A stretch of 24,944 nucleotides of DNA from Candidatus Woesearchaeota archaeon (GCA_964593995.1 CAZQKV010000001.1:1-24944); one strand, 5' to 3'; shown: positions 15,734 to 24,944, counted from the first letter of the stretch. Notes: generated by a model from the sequence alone, not told the origin. Made by a program: numbers and translations.

Positions 15734-16648
15734 TTAAACCTTTTTTAATCTATTTTTCTTTTTTTTGTATTTTCTATAGAAAATATATCCAACAATCCCA
15801 AGTATCAAAAGTATAACAACTATTATGGTGGTAATATTTGATTTTATTCCTGCTTCTGCAGGAGTTTTTATGTATAAATATGCATTCATATCTTCAGAAT
15901 ATTCATTATTAAATGTATCTTTATAATTTACTTTTAATGGGAGGACAACTGCTTTTTCTCTTGATTTAACATTTATTTTAAATTCTGCTGATTCAAAATC
16001 ATCTGAATCAAGATCCCCAATATATTCTCTGCTAGGAGGGATAATCTCATAATCACTGTTTTCTTGCAGTTCTACTGTAAGGAATTTAGCATCCCCAATA
16101 TCATTATTAATAAAAGTAATAGTTACTTCCCCGAGGTACTTCCCCTGATAAATTGTTGACTCATCTAAAAAAACATAAAATTTTGGAACGCTTTTTATTG
16201 CAATTCCAAAAGTATCAATATCTTGTCTTTCATCTCCAATATGATTAAGATAATCTGTAGTAATATTTGCATTAGAAATTCCTTCGGAACTTCCTGGCAA
16301 AACAACCACATCATATTCTAATTCTTCTCTTTCTAAAGAAGCTAAAGTTGGGATTTTTCTTTTACTAACATCATTTAAAAAAGAAATTTTAGAAGGAAGG
16401 TCTATTTGCACTCGAATATCATTTAACTGAAAATTTCCATTGTTTCTTACTGTTAATCTTAGTTTCCCTGGTTGTCCTGGAATAAGCTCTGGAGGGCTTG
16501 TACTAATATTTTCAATTATTAAAACATGTCCAAAATTAAGTCTTTGTTGTCTATCAAGTTCTATACTCCCCTCTGCAGCACTAACTGAATTAATTAAAAA
16601 AACAAACATTACTAAAATAGTAAAACAACTTTTAACATTCATCTTCAT
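15734..16648 (-). CDS. COG1361 S-layer-domain-like secreted protein with C-terminal TM anchor
   Basis: Signal peptide, beta-rich repeats (PPELIPGQ, YIGDLDSDDFESAEF), C-terminal TM helix and basic tail. Confidence 0.8.
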   Translation of the reverse strand: MKMNVKSCFTILVMFVFLINSVSAAEGSIELDRQQRLNFGHVLIIENISTSPPELIPGQPGKLRLTVRNNGNFQLNDIRVQIDLPSKISFLNDVSKRKIPTLASLEREELEYDVVVLPGSSEGISNANITTDYLNHIGDERQDIDTFGIAIKSVPKFYVFLDESTIYQGKYLGEVTITFINNDIGDAKFLTVELQENSDYEIIPPSREYIGDLDSDDFESAEFKINVKSREKAVVLPLKVNYKDTFNNEYSEDMNAYLYIKTPAEAGIKSNITTIIVVILLILGIVGYIFYRKYKKKKNRLKKV

Positions 16649-16698
16649 TTCATCCCTTTATATTATTTTTAATTTTTCTTAGTTTAAAAGTTTATGCA

Positions 16699-17919
16699 TT
16701 ACTCATGCCTAAGTGCATCAACTGGTTTTAATTTACTTGCTTGATATGAAGGAGCCAGTCCTGATAAGATCCCTATAAAAAACGCAAAAACTAAGACTCC
16801 AAATACTAAAAAAGGATTTAAAGAAGCCCTAACTATATTTGAGCCAATATATGCTGTTGAGACATACTCAATTGTTTTAGCTATTAATATTCCAAAAAAC
16901 AAACCTAAAATTCCACCAATTAAACCTAATAATCCTGATTCAATAACAAAAATTTTAAGGATGTTTGAATTTCTCGCGCCAATAGCTTTCATTGTACCAA
17001 TTTCTTTTGTTCTTTCTAAAACACTTGTATACATTGTATTTGCAATTCCTATTCCACCAACTAAAATTGAAATCAACCCAATACCTACAAGAAATGTTGT
17101 TAATATCAATAAAATCTGATTAAAGATTTCTAAATATTGTTCAGGAGTTTGTAAATCAAAATCAATTGTTTTTTCATCAACATCCCTATAATCCATTAGT
17201 TTTTTTTCAGCTCTTTCAGCAACTTCATTAACATCTTCACCATGCTTTATTTGAACATAAATAAAATCAATCTTATCTCCAGAATCAAATAATTTTTTAT
17301 AATCTTCTAAAGTTATATAGGTTTGTTGATCATCTCCAGGATTTCCAATTGCTTCTACAACTCCAATAACTTCAAATTCAACATCATTTATTTTCAAAAT
17401 ATCTCCTGGTTTAATTGATTTGTCAAACAAATTTTTATATTTATAATTATAACCAATAAGGATTTTTTTACTATCTCCTTTTTTTAACATTCTCCCATCT
17501 TCTGCACCAAGATCAGAAGCTTCAAAAACCATTTCTGCCTCTTCAGGATTTTCCATAGGAATTCCCATAACAAAATAGTACCTTACCTGGTCTTTATAAC
17601 CTATTTTTGCATTTCCAATAGTAAAATATGCAACAATATCAACTCCTTTGGTTTTTCTGATAATATCTACATCTTTAGTTGTTAACTCAACAGCCCCCTG
17701 AGTTCCAGGAGCACCAGAAGTTCCTTTAGGTTGAATAAAAAACTTATCTGTTCCAAGTAATTCAAATTGTTCTTGAACAAAATCATTTAGACCTAAGGAT
17801 AAACTAATCAAAACAAAAATTGTTACAATCGCAAGAAATATTCCTAACAATGTAAGGATGCTTCTAGCTTTTCTTTCTTTTAAATTTCTAAATGCAATTT
17901 TAAAGTAATCTTGTATCAT
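16699..17919 (-). CDS. ABC transporter permease, MacB/FtsX type
   Basis: Motifs RSILTLLGI, GGIGIANTMYTSVLERTKEIGTMKAIGA, PVDALRHE. Confidence 0.95.
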   Translation of the reverse strand: MIQDYFKIAFRNLKERKARSILTLLGIFLAIVTIFVLISLSLGLNDFVQEQFELLGTDKFFIQPKGTSGAPGTQGAVELTTKDVDIIRKTKGVDIVAYFTIGNAKIGYKDQVRYYFVMGIPMENPEEAEMVFEASDLGAEDGRMLKKGDSKKILIGYNYKYKNLFDKSIKPGDILKINDVEFEVIGVVEAIGNPGDDQQTYITLEDYKKLFDSGDKIDFIYVQIKHGEDVNEVAERAEKKLMDYRDVDEKTIDFDLQTPEQYLEIFNQILLILTTFLVGIGLISILVGGIGIANTMYTSVLERTKEIGTMKAIGARNSNILKIFVIESGLLGLIGGILGLFFGILIAKTIEYVSTAYIGSNIVRASLNPFLVFGVLVFAFFIGILSGLAPSYQASKLKPVDALRHE

Positions 17920-19133
17920 CCTCTTAATGCTTGCGTAGGAGGTAATTTACTTGCTTGATAAGAAGGTATTGCTCCAAATAAAATTCCTAATAAAAATGAA
18001 AAACTTATTGCAGAAATAATTAATGAAAAAGACACATCAACCTGGATAATACTTGTTCCAAGAGCATTGTTTGCAACACTTCCTACCCCCAATGCAAATA
18101 AAGCACCAAGACTTGCTCCAACAATCCCTCCAACTAGTCCTAATAACCCTGATTCAATTAAAAATATACTTAAGATATTTGAATTTCTTGCACCGATTGC
18201 TTTCATTGTACCAATCTCTTTCCTTCTTTCTAAAACACTTGTATACATTGTATTTGCAATCCCAACACCACCAACAATAAGAGAGATCATTGCAATCCCA
18301 ACTACAACAATATTAATACTATCTAAAATAGTATTTACAGTAGAAATAACTTGAGCAGGGGTCTGGACAGCAAAATCTTCTTCACCTTCTTTTAAGTCCC
18401 TATCTTTTCTAAGTGCTTTTTCAATTCTTTCAGCAACATCAGAAGCTTCTTCAGTATTTTTTATAGTTAACCCAATCATATCTATTTCATCATCAATCCC
18501 CTCTATTTCTTTTAAATCTTCATAGAAAATTAAAATAGCACCATTAATCATGAAATTTCCAGAACTTTTTAAAATTCCAATAACTTCAAATTCTTCCCCA
18601 CTTATTTTTATTTTTTTTCCGACCTCAACTGGTTTATCAAATTTTGTATCTTTAGAAAAATCATTTCCAAGAAGAACTTTTTTATTATCTCCTATTTTTA
18701 ATAATCTCCCATCAGCTGTTTTTAAACCTAAGGCATCATATTCTTCTTGTAAACTTTCTGCATTGTTTGAAACTCCTCTGGCCATACTAAAACTAACTAT
18801 TTTATTATACTCTATTTTTAATGTCCTTAAGAGAATAGGAGCAGCTTTTTTCACACCCCTAACATTCTCAACTATTTTTAAATCATGGTCTGTTAATTTA
18901 TCTATTGCAGTACTTCCAGGAGGACCAAATCCAGTTTCTGCATTTGTTACAGTAAGATAATCAGAACCCATAGATTCAAATTGGCCTGTAATAGCTGTTT
19001 GTAATCCCTGACCCAAACTTATTAATCCAACAACTGCTGCAATTCCAATAAAAATCCCAACCATAGTTAGCCAGCTTCTTAATTTTCTTCTTTTAAGATT
19101 ATTCAGTGCAATTTTAAAGAAATCTCTTAACAT
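17916..19133 (-). CDS. ABC transporter permease, MacB/FtsX type (paralog)
   Basis: Motifs RSWLTMVGIFIG, GGVGIANTMYTSVLERRKEIGTMKAIGA; 4-bp overlap with the next permease. Confidence 0.95.
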   Translation of the reverse strand: MLRDFFKIALNNLKRRKLRSWLTMVGIFIGIAAVVGLISLGQGLQTAITGQFESMGSDYLTVTNAETGFGPPGSTAIDKLTDHDLKIVENVRGVKKAAPILLRTLKIEYNKIVSFSMARGVSNNAESLQEEYDALGLKTADGRLLKIGDNKKVLLGNDFSKDTKFDKPVEVGKKIKISGEEFEVIGILKSSGNFMINGAILIFYEDLKEIEGIDDEIDMIGLTIKNTEEASDVAERIEKALRKDRDLKEGEEDFAVQTPAQVISTVNTILDSINIVVVGIAMISLIVGGVGIANTMYTSVLERRKEIGTMKAIGARNSNILSIFLIESGLLGLVGGIVGASLGALFALGVGSVANNALGTSIIQVDVSFSLIISAISFSFLLGILFGAIPSYQASKLPPTQALRG

Positions 19134-19138
19134 ATTCT

Positions 19139-19861
19139 TTATTTATTGTTTATTATTCGTCCATCCCTTAACTTATAGATTTTATCAGCATGTTTTGCAA
19201 TATTCAAATCATGAGTAACTAAGATTATTGTTTTTCCTTCATCACTTAATTTTTCAAACATTTTTGCAATTTCTTGCCCCCTCCTGCTGTCAAGGTTTCC
19301 TGTTGGCTCATCAGCTAAAATAACTTCCGGATCATTAGCCAAAGCACGAGCTAATGCAACTCTTTGTCTTTCTCCTCCAGATAATTCATTAGGCAAATGA
19401 TCTAATCGATGTCCTAAACCTATTTTTTCAAGCAATTCTGTAGCCCTTTCTCTTCTTTCATCAAAAGGTATTTCTTGAAAGATCATTGGAAGCATAACAT
19501 TTTCTAGTGCGCTTAATGTAGGAATTAAATTAAATGTTTGAAAAACAAAACCTATTTTCCTCCCCCTAATTTGTGCTAAATCAGATTCTTCTAAAAGTTC
19601 AATATTTTCATTATCTAAATAAATCTCTCCTTTTGTAGCAATATCTAACGCACCAACCATATTCATAGCAGTACTTTTCCCAGAACCAGAAGGACCAACA
19701 ATTGCAACAAAATCCCCCTCATAAATTTCAATATTAATACCATTTAGTGCTTTTACTATTTCATTACCCATCCGATAATATTTAGCAACATTTCTTAATT
19801 TAATTAAAGGTTTTTTTCTCTTTGATTTTTCTACACCTTTTTTTATCAGAGCTTTCACCAT
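19139..19861 (-). CDS. ABC transporter ATP-binding protein (MacB/LolD-like)
   Basis: Motifs [39 protein letters not shown]. Confidence 0.97.
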   Translation of the reverse strand: MVKALIKKGVEKSKRKKPLIKLRNVAKYYRMGNEIVKALNGINIEIYEGDFVAIVGPSGSGKSTAMNMVGALDIATKGEIYLDNENIELLEESDLAQIRGRKIGFVFQTFNLIPTLSALENVMLPMIFQEIPFDERRERATELLEKIGLGHRLDHLPNELSGGERQRVALARALANDPEVILADEPTGNLDSRRGQEIAKMFEKLSDEGKTIILVTHDLNIAKHADKIYKLRDGRIINNK

Positions 19862-19919
19862 AAAATAATCAGGAATAAAGGGTATTTAAAATTATAAGTA
19901 ATAAAAAATAAAAAAGAAA

Positions 19920-20915
19920 TCAAAACCCCTTCATTAATTTTTCAATTTTTTCCCAGCTTTTTATTGTGTTAAGTTTTCTTCTTAATTTACTGCTTCCTTG
20001 CAAACCTTTTGTAAATTCTTGGGCCTTTAATTTAGAATCTTTTATAGAAAATATTTTGAATTTTTTTGCAAGCGTAATATATTCAAAATAATCATCAATT
20101 TTTTGCTTTTTTGTCTGAAGAACCTGCTTTCCTGTTTCAAGCCATTTATTTATCTGTTTGAAAATAAATGGGTTGCCAATTGCAGCTCTCCCAATCATAA
20201 CATAATCACAATTAGTTTGTTCAAGCATTTGTTTTGCATCTTCTCCATTCCAAACATCCCCGTTTCCAATAACAGGGATTTTAATATTTTGTTTGATTTT
20301 TTTGATTATGCTCCAATCAGCTTTTCCAGAATAACCTTGCTCAACGCTTCTCGCGTGAACAGTGATTGCAGAAGCTCCTGCTTTTTCACAAATTTTTGCA
20401 ATTTCCAGAGAATCATCTGCATTACTTTTATTAAAACCAGTTCTTATTTTTACAGTAAGTGGAATCTTAATTGATTTACTTGCTTTTTTTACAATTTCCG
20501 CAATCTTATTTTTTCGCTTTAGTAAAGCCCCGCCAGAACCTTGCTGCATTATTCTTTTTGAAGGACAACCAATATTAAAGTCAATTATATCAAATTCTTC
20601 TTCTAAAATTTGGGCTGCTTTGATAATTAGTTCTGTATTTTGCCCAAATAATTGTGTAGCAACAGGCTTTTCTTTTTTATTTGTGATGGCAGATTTAAGT
20701 GAAGATTTATTTCCTCTTGAAATTGCATTTGCAGAAAGTAGCTCTGTGCTTACCAGCCCTGCACCATATTTTTTGCACATAATCCTAAATGCAATATTTG
20801 TAATATCATGCATTGGTGCAAGAATTATTTTTGATTTTAACTTTAAAAATTTATTTTGTTTTTTTGAAGTCCCAGAAATTTTTAATTTCTGAGGTTTTGG
20901 AAAATCTTTTGCCAT
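19920..20915 (-). CDS. dusB: tRNA-dihydrouridine synthase (DusB-like)
   Basis: Motifs ILAPM, QLFG, DFNIGCPS (catalytic Cys), TVKIR, ITVHAR, IGNGDV, VMIGRAAIGNP. The exact start is uncertain. Confidence 0.92.
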   Translation of the reverse strand: MAKDFPKPQKLKISGTSKKQNKFLKLKSKIILAPMHDITNIAFRIMCKKYGAGLVSTELLSANAISRGNKSSLKSAITNKKEKPVATQLFGQNTELIIKAAQILEEEFDIIDFNIGCPSKRIMQQGSGGALLKRKNKIAEIVKKASKSIKIPLTVKIRTGFNKSNADDSLEIAKICEKAGASAITVHARSVEQGYSGKADWSIIKKIKQNIKIPVIGNGDVWNGEDAKQMLEQTNCDYVMIGRAAIGNPFIFKQINKWLETGKQVLQTKKQKIDDYFEYITLAKKFKIFSIKDSKLKAQEFTKGLQGSSKLRRKLNTIKSWEKIEKLMKGF

Positions 20916-20924
20916 GTTATATTA

Positions 20925-21845
20925 TTAAGAAACTCCAAATGTTGTTAAAACCCCATAATGGTCGCTTAAGTTTTCTTGGTTATATTTTCCATTTAATACA
21001 ACCTCTGAAGATAAAACCCTTATTCTTGATTTAGGAGATTTTCTTAAAAAAATGTAATCTATTCTTCTTTTCTTCATACCAGTCTCCTTGGTTTTAGTAA
21101 ATGTTCTTAAAACAATATTATTTAATTTTCTTGTGATTATAGAATTACTAGAATCCCAAGTATAACCGCTTTTGTTTTTATTTGTAGAAATAGATGTAAA
21201 AGTATCTTTAATATCAGGAATCTCTTTTTCAGGTTCTAATATTTTTTTATAATCTAAACTCCCGGGTTCACAATTAAAATCTCCAACAAAGATTCCCACG
21301 TTTTGGTATTTTCTATAAATAGAATCAATAATTTTCCTAGTTTTACTAATTTCAAATAATCTATTATTTTCTCTATGGTTTAAATGATTATTAAAAAAAT
21401 CTATTTTTAAATTATTTTTCTTAAACCTTAAACAAATTTGTTGCATATTAATTCTAAATGAAGATAAACCTAAATATGGTAAATAAGATTTTATATCATA
21501 GATTTTCGTTTCTAAACCTTCTTCAAACTTTTGTTTATTAAATGCAATTAGTTTTCCATCCCTTTTTCTAAATGCTACAGATGCTAAAACTTCAGGAATT
21601 AAAGAAACCCTGCTAGCACGATTCCATCTTACTTCATACCCTGCTTTTCCTAAAAAATCACTTAAATATTTTTTAGCACCTCCAACTTCAATAAGCCCAA
21701 ACAAAGTTTTTATTTCATCAACTTCTTGCAAACCAATTATGTCTGGTCTAAGTTCTAGAATTTTATTAGCGACTATTTGTTTATCTAGCCTGCTAACAAA
21801 TCTTCCTAAATTAAAACTTAAAACACTAAATATATTTTCTTTCAT
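20925..21845 (-). CDS. Endonuclease/exonuclease/phosphatase (EEP) family hydrolase
   Basis: Motifs IIGLQEV, VGDFNCEP, RRIDYIF, SDHYGV. Confidence 0.92.
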   Translation of the reverse strand: MKENIFSVLSFNLGRFVSRLDKQIVANKILELRPDIIGLQEVDEIKTLFGLIEVGGAKKYLSDFLGKAGYEVRWNRASRVSLIPEVLASVAFRKRDGKLIAFNKQKFEEGLETKIYDIKSYLPYLGLSSFRINMQQICLRFKKNNLKIDFFNNHLNHRENNRLFEISKTRKIIDSIYRKYQNVGIFVGDFNCEPGSLDYKKILEPEKEIPDIKDTFTSISTNKNKSGYTWDSSNSIITRKLNNIVLRTFTKTKETGMKKRRIDYIFLRKSPKSRIRVLSSEVVLNGKYNQENLSDHYGVLTTFGVS

Positions 21846-21878
21846 ATATTTTAAATAATCCTCCTATTTAATAAACTT

Positions 21879-22142
21879 ATGAAAAACAAATTATCTAAAA
21901 TTGAAATACAAGAAAAAATAAAACAAATTTTTTCTAATAGTTCTAATTCAAATCCTAAAGAAATTAAAAAAGCAAAAAAACTTGCAATGTCTAAAAACAT
22001 TAAGTTAGGTAATTTAAGAAAACTTTTTTGTAAAAAATGCTATGCATTTTTTAATTCTGAAAATTCAGAAATTAGAATTAAAAAAGGTTTTAAAATTATT
22101 AAGTGTAAATGTGGTTATGTAAGTAGGTATAAACTTTCTTAA
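21879..22142 (+). CDS. rnp4: RNase P protein Rpp21/Rpr2-like zinc-binding protein (short)
   Basis: LRKLFCKKC...EIRIKKG..IIKCKCG..SRY matches the Rpp21 zinc-ribbon pattern. Confidence 0.75.
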   Translation: MKNKLSKIEIQEKIKQIFSNSSNSNPKEIKKAKKLAMSKNIKLGNLRKLFCKKCYAFFNSENSEIRIKKGFKIIKCKCGYVSRYKLS

Positions 22143-22173
22143 AAAGACAAGTTTAATCAAAGAAATTTAATTA

Positions 22174-22374
22174 TTAGAACTTCTTGAATTTATTAATCAA
22201 TTCTAATGTATCAACCTGCCCTAAGAACATGCTTCTGCAGCAATATCTTTCTAATCCTAAATCATCTAATACTTTTTGAGAATCTTCTCCTTCTCCTTCA
22301 ACTCTTTTTTTAAATTCTTCCCATAATTGTCCTATTGGCTTACCGCAACTCATGCATCTTATTGGAATTATCAT
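22174..22374 (-). CDS. rpoN: DNA-directed RNA polymerase subunit N (Rpo10)
   Basis: [12 protein letters not shown]...[14 protein letters not shown]. Confidence 0.98.
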   Translation of the reverse strand: MIIPIRCMSCGKPIGQLWEEFKKRVEGEGEDSQKVLDDLGLERYCCRSMFLGQVDTLELINKFKKF

Positions 22375-22431
22375 TTTAATTTTTTAATGTTTTACCCGTG
22401 ATTTTTTGATTTAGTTGGTTTTGGTTGAAAA

Positions 22432-22547
22432 TGAAGACAACTTATGAGCTTCGCTTCATTTCTGAAACTAACACAAATAACATAGCAAGCTTAACTTCTG
22501 TGTTCGGGATGGGAACAGGTGTTTCCAAGCTATTATGGTCGTCTTCA
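22432..22547 (-). rRNA. 5S rRNA (stand-alone)
   Basis: Terminal helix TGAAGAC/GTCTTCA; conserved GACCATA and ACACCTGTTCCCATCCCGAACACAGAAGTTAAG. Confidence 0.93.
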
Positions 22548-22656
22548 ATTATACCTAAAATTGTGTATTTATAAAGCTTTTTATATGGTTAATTATTAGG
22601 ATTTTTATCTCTTATAAAAATCTTAGAGGGTTGATAAGGGATATTTCCTTTATTAT

Positions 22657-22740
22657 GCAGAGGTAGCAAAGCGGTCAAATGCGCAAGACTCAAGATCTTG
22701 TGGCTTAGTGCCTTCAGGGGTTCGAATCCTCTCCTCTGCA
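22657..22740 (+). tRNA. tRNA-Leu, anticodon CAA; CCA not encoded
   Basis: GCAGAGG/CCTCTGC acceptor; CAAGA-CTCAAGA-TCTTG anticodon arm; long variable arm. Confidence 0.97.
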
Positions 22741-22803
22741 TTATATTAATTTTTTAAAGTTAGAATTGCAAAGTTTTATAAGTCATTAACTATCTGTTTT
22801 TTT

Positions 22804-23922
22804 ATGAAGAAAATATTAACTGTATGTACTCATACAGGATCTGCAAATTCATTATCTCCTTTAATAAAATCTCTAGAAAATGAGAATATTGAAGTAGTCT
22901 CTTTAGCAGAAGGCCCTTCACAAGAAATTTTTGACAGGGCTAAAATTGTTTATAAAACTCTTAAAGATTATAGTTCCAAAAATAGCACTGCATATTCTGT
23001 GTATCAAGCTTTAAGACAGGAAAATCCTAGTCTTGTAGTAACTGGGATAAGTGTTCCAAGTGATGATGAACCTTATGTTCTTGAACAGAAGGCAATACTT
23101 GCTTCTGCAGAACTAAAAATGTCAAGCCTTACTATTTTAGATTTTTGGACAGATTATTTAATTAAATTTGGAAGAAGAACAAATGAGCCTTTAATTTTGG
23201 CAGATAAAATCACAGTGCTTGATGGAATAATAAAATCAAAAATGATTGAACAAGGATTTCCAGAAGAAAGATTGTATGTAACCGGAAGCCCTGTTTTTGA
23301 TAAACTCATAGGTATTAGTACTGATTTTACACAAGATCAAAAAGAAAAAGTAAGAAGGGAATTAGGAGCAAGAAAAGATTCTTATTTAATGACTTTTTGT
23401 GCTCAATCAATCAAATAAAGATCTGGATTCAAATTTGGATATACTGAAAACACAGTATTAAAAAGTTTAATTGATTTTTTAAATAGTCCTGCTGGAAAAA
23501 ATAAAAACATAGAATTATTAGTAAAAGCACATCCAGCTAATGATCTTGATATACTTAAGAAAATAGCTACAGATTGTGGTTCTTCTGTTTTATTTAATAA
23601 AGGTTATAATATGAAAGAGGCAATATTAGCTTCAGATGCTATTTTATCTATGTTTTCTACTGTCTTAGTAGAATCTCTTTATTTAAATAGACCTTCAATT
23701 AGTATACAACCCGGACTAAAAGTAGAAGATCCTTTAATAACTAATGAACTTGGAATAACCTTGCCTATCTACAGAGAAAATGAAATCCCTGAAGTTTTAT
23801 CTAAATTAGCTTCAGATCCTGATTTTCAAAATAAATTAGCAGAAAAAAGAGCAGAATTTTCAAAAGCTCAAAAAGCAACGCCTAAAATAAAGAAACTTAT
23901 TTTAGAAACAATAGCAATTTAA
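22804..23922 (+). pseudogene. GT-B fold protein (TagB/TagF-like or UDP-GlcNAc 2-epimerase-like, possibly an ulosonate transferase) interrupted by an in-frame TAA at 23416-23418
   Basis: Track ORFs 22804-23418 and 23611-23922 are in the same frame (offset 807 nt). The frame stays open after the TAA (RSGFKFGYTENTVL...VKAHP...). Motifs VTGSPVFD, VKAHP, SDAILSMFSTVLVESLYLNRP. Confidence 0.8.
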
Positions 23923-24656
23923 TTCAAATTATTCTCTCTTAAATAATCCTCAACTTTAATAATATCTTCTGGAAAGTCAACACTAATTGAGCCCCCTGGA
24001 ACTTCTACACAAGCAATTTTTTCATCATGCTCTAAAAACCTCATCATTTCAATACTTTCTGATTTTTCAACAAATCCTCTCCCCCAATTAGAAAATTTTC
24101 TTAATGAATTTTTAGTAAGAGAATATAATCCTAAATGAGTTTTTTTATTATACTTCTGATTTTTTTCATAAGGGATAGCATATCTTGAAAGAAACAAGAC
24201 ATTGCCATCAATTGTTGGAACTAGTTTTACTATTGAATAATCTTCTTTATCTTTCTCGCTTAAATTATTATCATATGCATTAACAACCTCAATTCCTTTA
24301 TCAAGAACTTGTCTTAATCTTCTGACTACCCTATCAATTGCTTCAGGAGGAATTACAGGTTCGTCTCCTTGAACATTTACATAAATATCTGCATCAATTT
24401 TTTCAGCAACTTCTGCAACCCTATCTGTTCCTGTAGCATGGTCAGAAGAAGTCATAATTACATTAAGATTATTTTCTTTGCAATAATTAAATATCTTTTC
24501 ATCATCTGTTGCAAGTAAAATATCTGTAACTTCTTCGGTTTTTTGAACTTGTTCATAAACTCTTTGAATCATAGTTTTTCCAAGTATTTTTGCAAGGGGT
24601 TTTCCAGGAAATCTGCTTGACCTCCATCTTGCAGGAATAACTGCTAAAACTTTCAT
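23919..24656 (-). CDS. kdsB: 3-deoxy-manno-octulosonate cytidylyltransferase (CMP-Kdo synthetase)-like
   Basis: Motifs IPARWRSSRFPGKPL, GTDRVAE, VNVQGDEP, SVDFPED. ATG 24656 is preferred over the track's TTG at 24668 because a BRE-TATA sits at 24677-24690. Confidence 0.88.
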   Translation of the reverse strand: MKVLAVIPARWRSSRFPGKPLAKILGKTMIQRVYEQVQKTEEVTDILLATDDEKIFNYCKENNLNVIMTSSDHATGTDRVAEVAEKIDADIYVNVQGDEPVIPPEAIDRVVRRLRQVLDKGIEVVNAYDNNLSEKDKEDYSIVKLVPTIDGNVLFLSRYAIPYEKNQKYNKKTHLGLYSLTKNSLRKFSNWGRGFVEKSESIEMMRFLEHDEKIACVEVPGGSISVDFPEDIIKVEDYLRENNLN

Positions 24657-24792
24657 AATATTTAACAATAAAGTTTCTTTATAAGTTTTTATATAAATTC
24701 TAACTTTAATATTCAGGAGAATAACTTTAAAATTTAATGTGGCTTAAGTGCTATAACAGGTTTTTTAAAGCAATTTAGTGTATAATTTTTAT

Positions 24793-24867
24793 GCCCTGGT
24801 AGCTCAATTTGGATAGAGTGCCACCCTCCTAAGGTGGAAGTTGCAGGTTCAAGTCCTGCCCAGGGCA
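24793..24867 (+). tRNA. tRNA-Arg, anticodon CCT; CCA not encoded
   Basis: GCCCTGG/CCAGGGC acceptor; CCACC-CTCCTAA-GGTGG anticodon arm; GCAGG-TTCAAGT-CCTGC T arm. Confidence 0.97.
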
Positions 24868-24944
24868 TGATATTTATATAAGTCTCATAGGTTCTGTAGA
24901 AAGTTTCTTTAATAAAAGCCACCTCTAATTTACAACTAAAAGAA

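Noticed and set aside
1952-20892. Short antisense or overlapping ORFs in the track (1952, 3176, 3733, 6545, 8687, 11263, 12143, 12364, 12895, 13418, 14390, 14595, 16440, 18053, 18067, 18550, 20103, 20362, 20813)
   Set aside because: They overlap well-supported genes (or, for 3733, the minus-strand ORF at 3662-3829), have low-complexity Phe/Ile/Ser composition and show no recognisable motifs.
23416-23418. Genome-wide stop-codon reassignment
   Set aside because: TAA terminates many intact genes here (xerA, rps13, the helicase and others), so a single internal TAA does not support recoding.
24734-24922. 62-aa minus-strand ORF
   Set aside because: It runs antisense across tRNA-Arg (WAGLEPATS is typical tRNA-shadow text). 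The frame is open to the window edge, so the tail of a gene from outside cannot be fully excluded.

Overview
AT-rich archaeal chromosome segment. Evidence for archaea: eL18, eL21, uS4/uS11/uS13, Rpo3/Rpo4/Rpo10, Rpp21 and BRE-TATA leaderless promoters. The compact divergent proteins and unlinked 5S rRNA suggest a DPANN lineage, probably Pacearchaeota/Woesearchaeota-like (inference). 1-10.4 kb is accessory: SPFH protein, membrane-anchored thermonuclease, two unannotated paralogous micro-proteins, XerA with a dif-like site over its start codon, YbhB/YbcL, an Fe-S PD-(D/E)XK nuclease plus XPD/DinG-like helicase pair, and two tandem dockerin-bearing surface proteins. 10.4-15.3 kb is a ribosomal protein/RNA polymerase cluster containing a tRNA-Leu with the anticodon AAG, which is essentially unexpected in archaea. 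15.7-22.5 kb holds a COG1361 plus MacB-type ABC cluster, Dus, an EEP hydrolase, Rpp21, rpoN and 5S rRNA. 22.6-24.9 kb is a GT-B gene broken by one in-frame TAA and a convergent kdsB, between tRNA-Leu(CAA) and tRNA-Arg(CCT). All calls come from manual motif recognition; no database searches were run.
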